From Nitrosomonas sp. (lineage in GTDB: Bacteria; Pseudomonadota; Gammaproteobacteria; Burkholderiales; Nitrosomonadaceae), in assembly GCA_020446045.1 (NCBI GenBank), contig JAGRFM010000074.1:7451-71450 (forward strand): a stretch of DNA of 64,000 bases, given 5' to 3'. The notes beneath the pieces were generated by a model. It was given only the letters and a program-made list of their open reading frames with translations, had not been told where the DNA came from and did no database searches. The stretch's first letter is position 1. Every line of letters starts with the position of its first letter. This document shows positions 62,367-64,000 of this stretch, one piece after another. A program made the position numbers and the translations under genes.

Positions 62367-64000
62367 ATGATGAAAATACTAACAAAACGGCTAATTCAGT
62401 TCTTTTATGGTTTTTTGCTAGTTGGTATTGTCAGTTCGGTACTGGCCTCGCCGGCTCCAGGCATTCCCAGGGAATTTACCCCATTTATCGACTATGACAT
62501 GTCGGTGCGTATCGATCCCCAAACCCGTGTGCTGGAAGGAAAAAGCCGGATCACTTTCAACAAGACGCGCGACCATGTACTGAAACTCGGTGCGGCATTC
62601 GAAGTGACGCACGCATCTATTAATGAGATGCCGTATGAGCCGGAAACAGCCGAAGACGGTTCGCATGTCTGGCAAATTCCGTATGCCATGCTGCGGCCGT
62701 ATGACGTTGAAATTCACTGGCGCGGTACATTGCATCCGCTCGATGACACGCTTGATCATGAACAGACATTGGGCCGTCCGGTTGCCGCAAGCGGTGAAGC
62801 GGGAACGTTTCTGCCAAATGCGTCAAGCTGGTATCCGCGCGTCATAAACGGATTGATCCATTATTCGGTACACATCGAACTGCCGCCGGGTCAGCGCGGA
62901 CTGGTGGCGGGTAAACTGGTTGACGAGCAGGAAACCGACGCCGGTTACCAGGCGCGGTTTGAGTTTGAGCATCCGTCCGAAGGCATCGATTTAATGGCCG
63001 GGCCGTATGAGATTGCTTCGGAAAACTATACCGGGATTCGGGGTGAACCGATTCTGCTGCGCACGTATTTTCACCCGCAGATCGGTCAGTTGACCGGTGA
63101 CTATCTCGAGGCCGTCAAGCGCTATTTCAAACTGTACGAATCGTGGATCGGCGCTTATCCATTCAGCGAATTCAGTATCGTATCGAGCCCGACGCCGACC
63201 GGCTTCGGTATGCCGACGCTGACCTATCTCGGCATCAATGTCCTGCAATTACCGTTCATCAAGGACACGTCGCTCGGTCATGAAGTGCTGCACAACTGGT
63301 GGGGCAATGCAGTGTACCCGGATTACAAAAGCGGCAACTGGTCGGAAGGTTTGACGACGTTCATGGCCGACTATGCGTACAAGGAGCAGGAAGGCGAAGA
63401 TGAAGCGCGCGAAATGCGTCTGGACTGGCTGCGCGACTTTGCCGCCCTCGAACCCGGACAGGATGAGCCGCTGGTTGCGTTTACCTCGCGTACGCACGGC
63501 GCATCGAAAATTGTCGGCTACAACAAATCGGCAATGTTGTTTTTTATGTTGCGCGACCTGATCGGCGAAGACATGTTCAATCGCTCGATACAAGGTCTCT
63601 GGGGCATGCAGCGTTTCAAGGTCACGGCATGGCCGCATCTGCAAAGCGCATTTGAAATCGTTTCGGCGCACGACCTGAAACCGTTTTTTGATCAATGGCT
63701 GAATCGCAGCGGTGCGCCGAATTTAACCATCACCGAAGCCAGGCAGGAACCGTCCGAAACGGGTTACCGGCTGCGCGTCACTGTAAAGCAAACCGAACCG
63801 CCTTATCAGTTACGCGTACCGGTTGTCGTTCAAACCGAATCGGGTGAAGAAACCCATCTGCTTGACTTGCAGCAAACCGAACAATCCTTCACGCTCGGCC
63901 TTAACGATAAGGCGCAATCCATCACGCTTGACCCGGATATCCGCCTGTTCCGCCATCTTGCCCCCGGCGAAGCGCCGCCAATCCTGCGCGAAGTCATGGT
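62367..64000 (+). CDS. exported M1-family aminopeptidase (3'-truncated by the window edge)
   Basis: MMKILTKRLIQFFYGFLLVGIVSSVLA signal peptide; GFGMPTL; GHEVLHNWWGN...WSEGLTT (HEXXH-18-E) in frame with the start. Absent from the ORF track because there is no stop in the window. Confidence 0.9.
   Translation, partial: MMKILTKRLIQFFYGFLLVGIVSSVLASPAPGIPREFTPFIDYDMSVRIDPQTRVLEGKSRITFNKTRDHVLKLGAAFEVTHASINEMPYEPETAEDGSHVWQIPYAMLRPYDVEIHWRGTLHPLDDTLDHEQTLGRPVAASGEAGTFLPNASSWYPRVINGLIHYSVHIELPPGQRGLVAGKLVDEQETDAGYQARFEFEHPSEGIDLMAGPYEIASENYTGIRGEPILLRTYFHPQIGQLTGDYLEAVKRYFKLYESWIGAYPFSEFSIVSSPTPTGFGMPTLTYLGINVLQLPFIKDTSLGHEVLHNWWGNAVYPDYKSGNWSEGLTTFMADYAYKEQEGEDEAREMRLDWLRDFAALEPGQDEPLVAFTSRTHGASKIVGYNKSAMLFFMLRDLIGEDMFNRSIQGLWGMQRFKVTAWPHLQSAFEIVSAHDLKPFFDQWLNRSGAPNLTITEARQEPSETGYRLRVTVKQTEPPYQLRVPVVVQTESGEETHLLDLQQTEQSFTLGLNDKAQSITLDPDIRLFRHLAPGEAPPILREVM

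Noticed and set aside
57209-63695. Numerous 60-150 aa antisense and alternate-frame ORFs within purL, ChaN and M1 genes
   Set aside because: Shadow ORFs expected from higher GC and codon bias; they lie entirely within well-supported genes.

Overview
Origin-proximal chromosomal region of a betaproteobacterium, most likely a Nitrosomonas-type ammonia oxidiser. This is inferred from an Rh50-type ammonium transporter closely resembling NeRh50 and from the gene content. Core genes: fabG-acpP-fabF-mltG, rib/nusB/thiL/pgpA/cinA, mltF, tRNA-Arg(CCG), gyrB-dnaN-[oriC]-dnaA, panC/panB/folK/pcnB, pyrE/xth/ampG, parS-mnmG-rsmG-parAB, nnr and purL. Accessory blocks are interleaved with these: (i) a single-polypeptide GT2-GtrA-GT-C glycosylation machine; (ii) two TonB-dependent receptors (one with an in-frame amber stop) plus a YfiR-like protein facing a Crp regulator; (iii) an unannotated 54-aa acidic ORF upstream of Rh50 (outer Phe gate replaced by Leu, extended coiled coil), followed by an MDR oxidoreductase, tdh, kbl and two atypical response regulators; (iv) an orphan 3-TM holin; (v) a TatT-like TPR protein, a GCS-fold ligase and an M14 peptidase; (vi) malyl-CoA lyase plus malate thiokinase (mcl-mtkAB), bracketed by two inverted copies of a ~230-bp MITE; and (vii) a ChaN-PDZ protein and an M1 aminopeptidase in a more GC-rich stretch. 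A third, cruciform MITE shares a core motif with that pair. No rRNA, CRISPR array or transposase was seen. All family assignments come from motif recognition and recalled sequences; no database searches were run.
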